Shown: positions 1 through 13,170 of the stretch, in pieces
How the letters are laid out: each line of letters begins with the position of its first letter
Numbering within the stretch: position 1 is the first letter of the stretch
NCBI RefSeq assembly: GCF_006345805.1
Contig: NC_043014.1
Span: 27,900,001 to 27,964,000 of the forward strand
Direction of reading: 5' to 3'
DNA length: 64,000 nucleotides
Source: Octopus sinensis
Lineage: Eukaryota
Notes under the pieces: model-generated
The model's database searches: none
Told to the model about the DNA's origin: nothing
The model's input: the letters and a program-made list of their open reading frames with translations, nothing else
Made by a program: the position numbers and the translations under genes

Positions 1-46
1 TATTATTGTTATTGCACTGTTAATGCTGCTATTATTGTTGTTACAG

Positions 47-219
47 TATTTTACCATTTGTGTCCATCCTGACCTAATAATGAGCCATGGAGGGTCGGAT
101 GACCCATGTGCTTCAGTTTATGTTGCTTCTATTGGAAAACTAGGGCCAGATGTCAACAAGGACCATTCAGCAAATATTGGAAGCTTTATCCATGAAACTT
201 TAAAGATTCCAATGGACAG
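47..219 (+). CDS. MIF: Macrophage migration inhibitory factor (MIF/D-DT family), internal exon (exon 2)
   Basis: ttacag|TAT acceptor at 46/47 and AG|gtatg donor at 219/220. The 173-bp exon translates YFTICVHPDLIMSHGGSDDPCASVYVASIGKLGPDVNKDHSANIGSFIHETLKIPMDR, with the MIF motifs GGSxxPCA and SIGK. Size and phase match vertebrate MIF exon 2. Exon 1 lies upstream of the window. Confidence 0.92.
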
Positions 220-879
220 GTATGTTTTCTTTGTTATTATTTAATCCTTGATTAGCCCTAATCCACCAAATCTATGATCAAATATGTTGTTGTTGAATGA
301 ACTTTGCAGGTTGTTATTATTTAATTCTTGATTAGCCCTAATCCACCAAATCTATGATCAAATATGATGTAAACATGACCATTCAGTCTTTTTCCTTGAT
401 GTAGATATCTACTACATTAATGTTAAACAACCTTCTTCAGCGAGTCCACCTTTTAAGATGGTAAAATTTAATTTGAAGAAAATTTGGTTGTTCTTTCTAG
501 TGAGATAACTAACTGTATATAAGCTCTCTCATTGGTATGTTTTTGTTGTTGATGTGTGAACTGTTCAGATTTTCTCTAACTGTTATACATAAGGTAAATG
601 CTTGTCAGCAAGAAGTTGATTACTTTACTTAGAAGAAAATTCAAGTAAGGTTCAAGTTGAATGACTCTTACACTCCTACTTCATGGAGTCCAGTAAGAAT
701 GTATGATCATGTGCATAATACCAACATGGCCCTCTATTTCTGAAAGGCTTTTCAGTTTGTTGGCATATCTAGTCAATTGAAGAGCAATAAGATGAAACTG
801 CAATTTGGATAAGCAGTCCCTGTTTCTCAAATAACATAATATATACATGTGTGTGTGTGTGTGTAGATATATATAGATA

Positions 880-1200
880 ATGGGTCAGTGATTAGTGTCA
901 GGCCCACAATCATGAGGTAGTTCGATTCCCAGATCAAGCTGTGTGTTGCGTTCTTGAGCAAGACACTTTACTTCACAATGCTCCAATTTACTCAGCTATA
1001 GAAATGAGTTACAATGTCACTGGTGCCAAGCTGTATTGGGATTTTCTTTTCCCTTGGATAACATTAGTGGTATGGAGAGGAAAGGCTGGTATACATGGAT
1101 GACTGCTGGTCTTCCATAAACAACCTTGCTTGGACTTGTACCTCAGAGGGTGACTTTCTTAGTGCAATCCCATGGGCATTCATGACTGAAGGGGGTCTTT
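880..1200 (+). mobile_element. tRNA-derived SINE (family with CTTGAGCAAGACACTTTAC core)
   Basis: Box-B-like GTAGTTCGATTCCC followed by ttcttgagcaagacactttacttcac, a conserved SINE core-like motif; lies in the MIF intron. Confidence 0.55.
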
Positions 1201-2023
1201 ATATACAAATATGAGAAAGAGATATTTACTGTAACAATTGCACTCTCTGTTCTAATTTGCTGATTGTGTACCACATACCTGTGATTTATCTGCTAGTCTT
1301 CTCTCCTTACCATTATTCTCCAAATCATCATTTTGTCTGAACACTCTCTTAGGTCTAATATTTAGAAATATTAGAAACAAGACATTGAATTTGTGTGTAG
1401 ATGCATGCAATTTGTATATGTGCATGTTTGTGTGCATGTGTACATGCATGCATCTGTGTATGTACAGATCAGTCTTTTCATTGTTTTTGACTTTAATAAA
1501 TTAGTGAAATTTGTAAACACAATGCCCCGAAACTGATGGCCACATCAACTCTTGTATGAAACTCTGGAAGGGCAAAAGATAAAGTTGACTTTGACAGGAT
1601 TTGAAATCTGAATGTAAAGCAAGGTAACTAAATACTGCAAGCCATTTTCTCTACCATTCCACTAACTCTACCACTCCACTACCCTTATAAACATCATCAT
1701 CATTTAATGTCTGTTTTCCATGCTGGCATGGGTTGGACAGTTTGACAGGAGTTGGAGAGCTGACCAGAATCCAATTGTCTGTTTTGGCATGGTTTCTATA
1801 GCTGGATACCCTGCCTAACACCAACCACTTTACAGTGTGTTGAGTGCTTTCTATAGTTCACCAACATGGGTGCACTTAAGTAGCACTGGCACCTGCAAGA
1901 CAAAGACCTCTCAGCTGGGAGGGGGAGTAGGGGTATGGCCACAAAGGACATGTGTGTATGGATGGCTGCAATTTTACTTAGCTTGATGCGTCTTAAGTAA
2001 GATGTCTTATTTTACACTTTTAG

Positions 2024-2087
2024 GTTTTACATACAATTCAATGACTTACTTCCTTCTAATGTTGGTTATAACGGTACAACGTTTTAA
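2024..2087 (+). CDS. MIF: MIF terminal exon (exon 3)
   Basis: ttttag|G acceptor completes the phase-2 Arg codon, then FYIQFNDLLPSNVGYNGTTF-TAA, the typical MIF C-terminus (NVGWNxxTF). AATAAA follows at about 2153 and 2174. Confidence 0.92.
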
Positions 2088-2453
2088 AATGTTAGCTGAA
2101 GCTTCACACCAAGTCTCAATTTATACAGAAGAAAACATTAAAGACATGGAAAAATAAACAAAGAAAATAGTAAAATAAAAAATATGAATTCTTTTTGTTT
2201 TTCTTGAATTTTATTTTTTAAGATCTACCAATAATAAATTGCCATGTCTTTCCTTTGTTCACAGAACTACATTTATCCTGAATCCCACCTTCACACTTCC
2301 ATATATGCGTACTAATCAACATACAAGCCTCATTGTTTTCTTGTTTCATTGGTTCTTCTGTCGTAAGATCAATTTCTAGTTGTATTCTTACTTTCATGCA
2401 TTTTCACTTTTTCTTTTCTGGTGATGCTAGGTCAGTTTCCATGTAGAGGAATC

Positions 2454-3923
2454 TTTTTTTTTTTTTTTTGCTTTGGTGTGTAACATATTCTCTTGATGTA
2501 TTTGTTAATGTTTTTTTTTCATATGGTATAGTCACATGAGAGGATTTAATTCAATCATGCCCCCAATCTTTTAATTTTGGCATTGGTTTGTAAGTCTTGT
2601 AGTAATATACTCTAACTATTGCATCTCTCTTCTGCATGATGGTCCATAGTTCAGTGTTGCTTCTGTTGAGACATGGTGTTCTTTTTTGTATCCTTTCTAG
2701 TTGATGTCTAATGTTTATGCATGTTGGTGTTCCCTCCAGGATGCATTTTGTTTCTTTGTTGTTGCTTGAAACCACATTTCATCAGTGTAGATTATTGTTT
2801 TGTTGATGCAGCTTCCGAATGTAAAATTATATGATGCTTGGCAACACACATTCTTCCACAGTTCATGAGTCCATTCTGTATTGAACACAGTATGTAACTT
2901 TTTCTAGAATTTCTGAAACCCATTATGTGTAGTCCTTTTTTTTCCTCTTTTTTTGTATGTGACAGATTTCAAATGTGTGTTGTGCAAATTTAGCTGAGTC
3001 AATGTTATATTGCAACCATTTGTCCAATATGTTTAGTGATGTTTGTACATCCCCAGTATTGGTTGTTTGCATTTGTGAGGAAGAATTCCTTTTTCTCTCT
3101 TATTTACTCTCATTTTGGTGTTTAGTTCCAATGCGAGTTCTTGTTGCTGCACTTTATATGATGGTGCTGAGATTTAGTGTAGATTTGTAAATGCTGTCCT
3201 ATGTTTCTTTGTATTTTGTTTATCTGAAGTTTTTACAAAGTGTTACATATTTTCAGGAGTTTTTTTAATAAAGTTGTATTTCTTACCTTGTACGATGTCT
3301 TGGTTTTTTTATTATGTGCTCTTTGTCACTTTCCTCTTGTAAAACATTTTTTTGCGAGTCTGCATCAAGCATGTTTTCCAGGATGACCCAATGTTTTTTG
3401 GTGTCTGTGGTGAGGTAATTAGCAAATCTGTATGGATTGAATATTTTTTGACATGATAGTTTGTAAGGTTTGTTTCCTCTTTGTTGTAGTAACCTTTTCA
3501 CCACCATGAAGTTGTAGTTGTTGTTGGGGTGCTTTCTGTGCCATGTAATAATATGAAAGTGGTATGTTGGAACAGTGTTTAAAGTTTTCAGATGTCATTC
3601 CAGTTGCTATTCCTGCATTGATTGTTGGCATTTTTTGTGGATGGCTGGTGCAAGCATAATTTGATTCAATTTTAATGAAATATGTAGTTTCGAAAGTAAA
3701 GTATAATGTTGATTTCTCTTTACTCTTTTTCTCTTTTACTTGTTTCAGTCATTTGACTGCGGCCAAGCTGGAGCACTGCCTTTAGTCGAGCAAATCTACC
3801 CCGGGACTTATTCTTTTTAAGCCCAGTACTTATTCCATCGGTCTCTTTTGCCAAACCGCTAAGTGACAGGGACGTAAACACACCAGCATCGGTTGTCAAG
3901 CAATACTAGAGGGACAAACATAT

Positions 3924-3959
<36 letters not shown>

Positions 3960-5430
3960 ATACATATATACGACAGGCTTCTTTCAGTTTCCATCTACCA
4001 AATCCACTCACAAGGCTTTGGTCGGCCCGAGGCTATAGCAGAAGACACTTGCCCAAGGTGCCACGCAGCGGGACTGAACCCGGAACCATGTTGTTGGTTA
4101 GCAAGCTACTTACCACACAGCCACTCCTGCGCCTGTTGGTTTTGGTAATAAAGGGCAATTAATTAATATAATTTCTGGTGGGCCCTCTGATGTGTATGCC
4201 ACATTGTTTATTAGTGTTCTATCTGCTACTGTGTATATTTCAGATGATTGTACTTGTAGGTCTGTTGTTGTCACTGTGATGTCTTTTCTGAATTCTTGGT
4301 AATTGAAAGCTAGATCAGACACTTCTGTCCTGGCTGAGTCTTGTTTCTTTTGTTCTGACTCTTAGATGATTTCTCTTACAATTTAATATAGCATTGTTGC
4401 CATCTGTTCCATATGTTGGTGCCATGGATACATCTAGACATCCATCCAATATAATATCTCTCTCTCTCTCTAGCTGATATGGTGTTGAATGCTGGAGGAA
4501 AATGTATGGTTAAGTTGTCACGTAAGGTGTTGGTTAGGGGTTTTCTAAGTAATGACTTGTTGAACCATTTGCGTACATATGTATTCTCTTGTCTAATCTT
4601 TTTAACTGAGTTCATCTCTCTCCAATCGTGGAAGTCTGTGATCAAAGTTGTGCATTCTTGAATGTCTGCTGTAATTTTGCATTCTGCATTTCTGTTCATT
4701 ACCACTATTGGTGCTGAATAACTGTATTCATATTTCGGTAGGAACACGTGTTATGCTGTTGTGGGTTGTATTTCCCTTGTTTGGTATGTGAGATAATTTA
4801 AGTAGGTTACCAAACCCAGTGTATTTGAAGGTTTCAAGGATTGGAATGGCCACTTCGTCATTGTTTTTTGTTTCCTGCTGTAATGTTGTCACTTTTGAAA
4901 TTCATGCTTCTTATTTTGTGTGAAGTTGCATTTGATAGTGATTGTTTGAACTTTATTGGTTAACAAGTAGAGTATGATGTAGTCTTCAGCTTATACTCTT
5001 CCCCATCTGAAGTGTCCTGTGTTGTGCATTCCTTTTTCTCTCCATTTGATATTTTGTGAATTTTTCTTTGGCTGTATTCATGTCACATGATTTGATCATG
5101 TTTCTAAACTTTCTGCTGAATTTAAGTATTTGGGTTTTGCTCCTTTCCATCCATTGTTTTCTCCTTTTCTGCCTCTGAATTTTGTGACTGTTGATTTAAA
5201 GCCATTGCAGTATCAGTATTATGTCCAGAGACAGCAATATTATTAGTATTGGTTTCTGGTGGTCTGAAGTAGTTATCAAGTCTGAGATAGTGCTTAACAG
5301 TGATTTCTCCTCTTGCAAGTATGCCAGTTGGACTGGTCTGTATAGCACTTTTGATGAATTTTTTTTTTTGTTTGCCTCCTGGGTATCTATGTCTGTGGGC
5401 ATAATTCAAGTAGTGTTCTTTTGCAATTAG
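2454..5430 (-). mobile_element. Heavily decayed non-LTR retrotransposon, possibly L1/Tx1-like, interrupted by a SINE
   Basis: Long A-rich minus strand with many broken 60-120 aa ORFs, a poly(A)-like tract at 2454-2469 on the minus strand, and faint Cys/Trp-rich C-terminal-like peptides (LCSIQ..., ELWKNV). No RT motif was found. Confidence 0.3.
3720..4134 (-). mobile_element. tRNA-derived SINE (octopus OK/OR-like) with internal (TA/CA)n
   Basis: Minus strand reads GGCGCAGGAGTGGCTGTGTGGTAAG (box A) ... GGTTCAGTCCC (box B), body GGCAAGTGTCTTCT, a microsatellite, then the tail CAGTCAAATGACTGAAACAAGTAAAAGAG. The same family recurs many times in the window. Confidence 0.85.
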
Positions 5431-8400
5431 ATCATGTTCGTTTTGTAGAGGCTCTCATTGGTTGCTACATTGCTGTTAAGATCAAGTTTGATGTGACAAG
5501 CCTGTATTAAAAAGTATGCTAAAGACAGACACATACCAAATGTTGACAAAGGACAGAAAATGATCTGTTGGTTGTGCTTGCATTCCAACTAATTTCTTGC
5601 ACATTTTAACTTACAGTATTGATTTGTCATTTAGGTTTGGAGGTTAATAAATATTTGTCAAATGCACACTACTACTTACCATGGTGTATTCTTTCTCTTC
5701 TTCCTCTAATTGAACTGAACCAGTCAGAATATAGGGCTAATACAAACTATCAACACTGCAACAAGTCAACTAGCCTACTTCTAAGTGTGATTTTACATTT
5801 TTTTAATTGCAGTTCTTTGAAATGTTTTCTTTTGACAAGGAAGTTTGTAGGAAGCCTTAATTGTTCTATGGAGCAAGAAATTACTGCGTAGATGGTACAA
5901 AATATTGCTCTCAGTCAATAGTGACTCTTAGTCATTATTGAGAAAGTGCAATAGTTGATTAAGTATTGAACCAGTGTTTGATCTGTAACTAATGATGCTA
6001 TTGTCAACAAATAGTAATAAGAAAGGTAAAATAATCATGTTATCTTCCAACACTATATATATTCCCCCTTCCCATTGAATTTGTCAGGCAGCAGGACACA
6101 TGAAAGCAAAGTATAGACAACTTGATGATGGAAAGTACTGAACTAACAAAAAAAAATAGTTTAGGTTACTAAGAGAGAACTTTTTCTCTCCTGCCTGGAT
6201 TTGCTTTTGTTACATATTTACTACAATTTTTGTTTAGTTGTCTACAAGTCGTTCTTTAATTGTAGTTAGGCTTTTTAAGGTAAGAACAGTTGTATGAGGA
6301 TGTGTACACACATGAAGGTAGTAATTCCAAATAAAAGATGTGAACCTTTACAGCCATCCAGAATATGTTAAGGTTACAGTTAAGTCTTATGAAAAAACAA
6401 AACAAAAACATAAGTTTCAAATTCAATTTGATTTTTATTCATTTTGACAAATAAATATATTGAACAAAGAAAGCATTGAATGTGTTTGTGCATCAACATA
6501 TATGAAAGATCATTCGACATTGTGATTCATTCTATATCAGAAAAGTATGCTCAACTGAATAAGTTGGGTAAGGACAACCAGCTGAAGGGTTTAAATAGCT
6601 CATATCCTACCATCAGTATTTTGCTGTCCCGAGCCAAGGTAGTTATTTCTTTCCTCAAAAGTTCATTTATAATCATAAGGTCCTAGGTTCAATTTCACTG
6701 TATGGCACCTTGGACAAAAATCTGACTTATTTTCAACTCAATCAAGGCCTTCTGAATGAAACTGAGACAGAAACTATGTGGAAGCCTACCAGATGGACTG
6801 CACCTGTAATTCAGCCTTGTCACACTGATTCTATCAGATTACATTAAAAAAACAAATGTTTATGCAGTCCTCAACCACTTACATTGTAATACAATAAGTA
6901 GGCAGTTTCATTCACTGATGTTAAAACTGATGCAAAAACCATTAAGTAGGTAACACAAATCTGTTTAGCTGAGCTCTATGATCAGTCCTGTTAAATTGAC
7001 AAATTAGTTGTCTTGCAATGCAGAGTTTAATTTTATGAGTGGAAGAAATTACCTGCAAAAGAGCAATATCTTATCCCAAAATATAATTATTCCTCATCCA
7101 TTTGACACAAGAGTTAAGCATCGGTAATTTGAAAAGGATTAGCTTGTTAGCATTTATTTGTTCTGAGTCCACTTTAATGATGACAGAATCAGTTTTAAAA
7201 AGTCAGTTTTATGTACTTTGAAGCCCATTGGAAGAGATAAACTCAGCACTACAAGCTAATAAAATACATTTTACAGAAGTCAGGTGTACCTTACCTTGTG
7301 ATATCTATCTATAGCTCAGTAACTAGACCCATAAGAAAAGTCTTTGTCTCAGACGCAACTTAGTGCCATGATATGAAATACTGACCCTCTGCAGATAAAT
7401 TCAACTCTAGCAACAGAATGAAAATCATGAACGTAGATATATTTATTGTGTACTGTCATTTTCCCTTCCCCATTAACAAAGGATGCTTATTTTCATTAGA
7501 AGAGAAAAGTAAATGTGATTTGATTCTTAGAAGGCTTCAGATTTAAGAGTAGAGGCGAAATGTTTGAGGTGCATATCTTCCTCAAGGATAACAGGAAAAA
7601 TGGACTGAAACCAGGCCACTGATTCAATTTGTTAGAAGTGAACCCGTTCTATATTATTCCTTCAGAAGAAATTAATAAAAAATCTCCTATAAAGAATTTG
7701 TGGGTTTTTAACATAATTGTAAATACTGGTTTCTGTTTAATTACTCTCCATCATAGAATATCTTACGAAATTTTTGGAGTGCATTTATATTGCATGTTTG
7801 TGAAGGAAGCTACAATAATATTTATAAGAGAAAAGTGCCCCAGTATTAGTGTATGTTGGTCTCTTGCTAGATTGAGATGATTAGTTCAATTTGTATGTAC
7901 ACTAAATGGTAAATTTATAGAAGACATCAATCTTCATTTAGTGTAGAAACCATGTTATGAGGTTCAGCTCTGCAAATTTTGAAGTTACTCATCAATGAAT
8001 GACTTCAAAATTTACTTACAGATGGGGTGTCAACTTTAACAATTTAATTCACAAAATCTGCAGTATGTCTGTTCAGACAGATATGACTTGAACCGGTTAA
8101 TAATTATGAGTTTACCAGCAACTAAATGCATATACATTAAAAGACCCCTTTCCCATACTGTAGGACTCAAATTGAACTAAGTGAAAAGATAAAAAGAAAC
8201 TCATATATGATTACTATATGCTGACTACTATTTCTACAAGTGAGAGAACTAATTTAGAGGCTAACTTGCTGGTTCAGCAATATGAATTTAATTTAATTTG
8301 TTGATCATAAAACAGATAGTTTTGCATAAATAAACAGCATATAGAAATGATGATTTCTAACATAGGCACAATGCCATACATTTGGGAGGAGTTTGTCAAA

Positions 8401-11400
8401 TCAACCCCAGTACACAACTGGTATTTATTTTATTAACATTACAGGATGACAGATATAGTTGATCTCAGTGAGAATTAAACTGAAAAGGTAAAGTTTTGTA
8501 TGTAAATATTGCAACAAATAAAAAATTTACAAGAACAGTTCTCAATAACAGATGTTATAGTTGATTAACTTCAGCTCAGAACATGGCTGGTACTTTATCT
8601 CATTGACATTGGAAAGAATACAGGCAGAGTTGATGTTGGCAGGATTTGAACTCAGAATGTACAGATCATTAAATAGATACTGTAACAAATTAAAAGCAAA
8701 CAATAATAGTTTTCTAAAATATTTGTACAAGAATCTGAGAAATGTCTGAATTTTTAAAGAAAATAATAAAACAAAAAATTTAAATATAATGGACGGTACA
8801 TATTAGTACATAAGAGTAAATAAATAAATGAATGTGTATGCATGAAAAGATATTTTAAATGATCAAATGAAGATTAATGATGTTTGATCTAGTATATTTG
8901 TGTTTGTATACTTCATAGAACCTAGGGTAGTTATAGTGATGGTAGCACAAGCATTGTTTACATCTTTACCACCACCATCATTATCATTATTTTAATGACC
9001 ATTTGATATAAGATGTTATACAATTAACAATGATCATAAGAATTAGCAGAGAAAAAAGCCTGTGTGTATGAATTCATATGAAGCTAGTGATTCACACCTT
9101 TGTTACTCAGATTTTCTCACTTGATGCAGTCTTCAGATAAAATGAAAAATAAAATGTTATGTGAATGGTCATATTGAATAAGAAACTCACTAGTGACAAA
9201 GTGAAGCAATAGATTTCTACAAATAAATATACTCTACAATATGTATTCAGTAACCAAAAAATGCATATGTATGTGTGTGTATAGGTTCATTTCTTTAGTG
9301 AGGGTCACTGAGATAGTTAACTTCCTGCAGAATGAGAGAGAAATCTATCAGTTCTTAAAATACTAGTGCTGTTTTTCCACAAGAGAATTCTGATCAAACA
9401 GACCAATGATCAAAGGTGTTCCAGCCATACTATGTCTTTTATTCAGACATATCTATCTTATATATTCGGACATATCTATATATTCAATGTGCCCCTTCTT
9501 TTTTATTTAGATGGTAAGATGTGATTATAGGGAGAATCAGTGAACTAATCACTTAGAGGCTCCTTCATTATTGCTTGGCCCCAAATTAGGCCTGATTGAG
9601 CATATTTAAAATCAAAAGTTTTCCAACTACAACCAATCCGTCTTTCTTTTCAGTCATTGTGTATCTTATACTACATTAAGATCTCATCTCTTTTAAGATA
9701 GTAGTGTAATTTACTGTTGTTGTTTTTTATCTGGTGGAGTGACCATAATGAGACTCTTGTTGCCTCATGCTTCAGTGGTGGTAATTGTGATGGGTGGTGT
9801 ATATGGAAAAGTAAATGTCGAAATAGAAGAATTCGCCATAAAATATTGTTTTCAAATTTTGGCACAAGGCCAACAAGTTCGGGGAAGAGGGTAAGTCAAT
9901 TACATCAACCCCAGTATTCAACTACTTATTTTTATCAACCCTGAAAGAATGAAAGGCAAAGTTGACCTTGGCAGGATTGGAACTCAGAACATGGAGACAG
10001 ACGAAATACTGCTAAGCATTTTGCCTGGTGTGCTAAAAATTCTGCCAGCTCAGTTTTAATTAATTTTTTTTAAATGTAGGTGGAGTTCAGGCCCTTCTGG
10101 TTCATGTCTCTAATAAAATACACAAACTATGATGTTTCAATTAATTTTGATAATAATCAAGAATTTCAAGGTTCTGAATAAAATAACTTTGTTGTTATTA
10201 CACTGGTCTTTGGTATATAATTTGTATCACCTCTTAATTTAAATAGAAATACTTTAAAATGGACAGTATTATATCACAGAATCAAAAGTATCTCAAATGT
10301 GTTGGCATTGAAAAGATTAAATCAAAAACAAAAAAGAAGAGGAAAATGTTTTTCTTACAAGCTTTCACAGAAACAAATCCATTGTTGACTATTGTCTGAA
10401 TTTAGTTTTGTTGTTATTCTTCTTATTTAAATTTAAGAGTTTTTTTTTTTTGCTATTTTTGTTTACCCAAAATGCCTTACATAATTAATTTGGCCTAAGT
10501 TTTAGTGTCATTACTCTTACAAAACAGACTGAAATGTGTTCAAAAACAAATTAACAACCTTTCTTTCTTGCACGCATACACACACACACACACACACACT
10601 ACAATTTAAGAACATTAGAGAAATAAAAACAACTTTTAAAAAATATTAGGTGATAATGGAAACCTTTAAAATAAGAAATACAGAATTCTGTAAAAATGTT
10701 GAGAAGTTAGAAAAACAAATCAAGTTTTTGCAGTTGAGTTTTCATGTAAGCACAAGTAGGTGGGTGGTAAAAAGTGTAAAACACCATATTAAGTGCAATG
10801 CAATATTTCATATCATCTCTCTGAGTTCTGGGTTCAAATTCTATCTCAGGAAGAGAAAGAGAGAATGTGTTTGTGTGCGTGCATGTGCGCACATGATAGT
10901 ATAAATGCTTCGGAAATACTGAGTCTCAAAGCTTTAAAAGAGAAGAAAGCCACTTCATCAAACTTAGACACAACACTGTCCCCCTCTTATTCCAACTACA
11001 ACAACCTCTGCAACTCAATATGTTCTACAAAACCTACAGAATATACCATAAAACTAATTAAGTCAAGTCAATTAAATCTATGTAAGAATATGTATTTAGC
11101 CTTATTCTACAATAATTCTGAAATTACATCTCCACTGTTTATTAGAACTGCACATTCTTTCTGTCTATTGTCAGGGCTTTAAACCCTCTTTTTCATGCTG
11201 AAACTAATTTTCAGCAACACCTAATATAGATCTCATCAGTGAATTGTTGTTCTTTCTTGTTTCAGATTTGTTCTTATAGCATCTAGTACTAATTTACATA
11301 AAACACCTTGATATTTCATTCATTTATATAATTTATATTTTTTTTTTAAATCTCAAAGTGCCATGCTAACATTTCTGATGGTAATTTTTTAATAATAATA

Positions 11401-11415
11401 ATTATTATTATTTTT

Positions 11416-13170
11416 AACAAGGCTACAAATGTTGCTGACTCTAATACTTGACTGGTTCTCTCAACCCCAGAAGGATGAAAAGCAAAATAGAACTTTAGTG
11501 TGATTTGAATATAGAATGTAAAAAACTAGAACAAATACCACGAGGCATTTTGTCTGATGCTTTAAAGATTCTGCCAATCCATTGTCCTATTTCATAATAA
11601 TTTCTACTATAGGCACAAGGCCTGAAATTTTTAGGAAGGGACTAATTAAGTACATTGACCACAGTGCTCAACTGGTACTTATTTCATCAACCCCAAAAGG
11701 ATAACTTGGTGGACTTTCAGCTCAGAAGGTAAAGAAGGCTGAAATGTCCAGCATGCTAACAATTCTGCCAGTTTGCAGCTTGAATAATTTCTTACAAAAG
11801 TAGAAGCCCAGAGATTTGGAAGGAGGAAGCAGTCAATTGACCTTAGTACTTGACTGGTACTTTTATCTTATTAATCTTAGAAAGATGGAAGGCAAAACTA
11901 ACTTCAGTGGGACTTGATCTCAGAACAAAGAGCTGGAACAAATACTGTTAAGCATTTTGTTTGATATTCAAACAATGCTGCTACTGCCGCTGCCACCGCC
12001 AGCACCACCACCAATAATAATAATTATTTATTTATTAATAATAATAATAATAATAACAACTTCAAATTTTGGCACAAGGCTAGTAAGTTCGAGGAAGAGA
12101 ATGAGGCGAATACACATGAGTGCTGAACTGGTATTTATTTTATCGAACCTGAAGGGCAAAGTCAACCATGGCAGAATTTGAACTTAGAACATCAAAACGA
12201 ATGAAATACTAAGCATTTTGCCTATTGTGCTAACAAATCTACCAGCTTGCCACCTTAATAATAATAATAATAATTTCTATCAGGTACAAGGCCAGAAGTT
12301 TCGGGGGGTGAGAATATAATTATATTGAAATTATATCAGTACTTCACTGGTACTTTATCAATCCTGGAAAGATGAAAGTCCAAGTCAACCTTAGAAGCCT
12401 TTGAACTCACAACACAAAAGAGATGTAATAAAAATACCGCTTAAACTGATAAAGAATCTCTGCATGATCACTCAAAATGCTAGAAATAGCAGCCACCAAA
12501 TATCTCTCAAAAACAAGTAACTAGATTATGTGGTGTCCCCTAGGTTTCCTTCACAGAGGATTAAAAGAAACAGGAGAGTCACAGTTGGAATGCTTTTGAT
12601 CATAAGTTTGATTAATCAAGGTTGACTTGTGATAAGACAATAACAACAACAACAAAAAATACCACAAAATATTCTGTGTCCAATACACTGTTGCTTCTAC
12701 AAACTGATAGCCCTTTTCGTAGTAGTAGTAATAATAATAATAACAACAACAATAATAATGATGATAATAATAATGTCTTCTACTAAAGGTACAAGGCCTG
12801 AAATTACATTGACTCTAGTGTTTCACTGGTACTTAATTTATTCCCCCCCCCCCCAGATGAAAGGAAAAGTTGAACTCAGAACAGAAAGACGGACAAAATG
12901 CTACTAAGCATTTTTCCTGATGTGCTAATGATTCTGCCAGTTTGCTGTCTTAATAATAATAATTACAATCTTTTCTACTATAGGCACATGGCCTGAAATT
13001 TTGTGGGAGGTAGGTTAATTGAGTACATTGTTCTCAGTGCTCAACTGGTACTTATGACGAAAAGTAAAGTCAACCTCGGTGAAATTTGAACCTAGAATGT
13101 AAAGAGCAAAAAGAAATGCCACTAAGCATTTTATCTTGTGGAGTAATGATTCTACTAGCTTGCCACCTTA
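11416..13170 (-). mobile_element. Head-to-tail cluster of about 7 tRNA-derived SINEs with Nin/MESC-like core, separated by (AAT)n
   Basis: Repeated unit ...ggtacttattttatcgaccc..gaaggatgaaaggcaaagtcgacctcggcggaatttgaactcagaa...taagcatttt...gattctgccagc, all in one orientation. Confidence 0.85.

Noticed and set aside
23-244. 73-aa ORF as a complete gene
   Set aside because: Its ends are intronic; only 47-219 is a MIF exon.
3971-4134. tRNA gene candidates (box A/box B heads here and in other copies)
   Set aside because: No cloverleaf; they continue into SINE bodies, so they are SINE heads.
7290-7390. Minus-strand coding exon (AG...GTAAG)
   Set aside because: All three frames contain stops.
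11416-13170. CRISPR-like repeat/spacer array
   Set aside because: Units are diverged SINE copies of about 200 bp in a eukaryotic context, with no cas genes.
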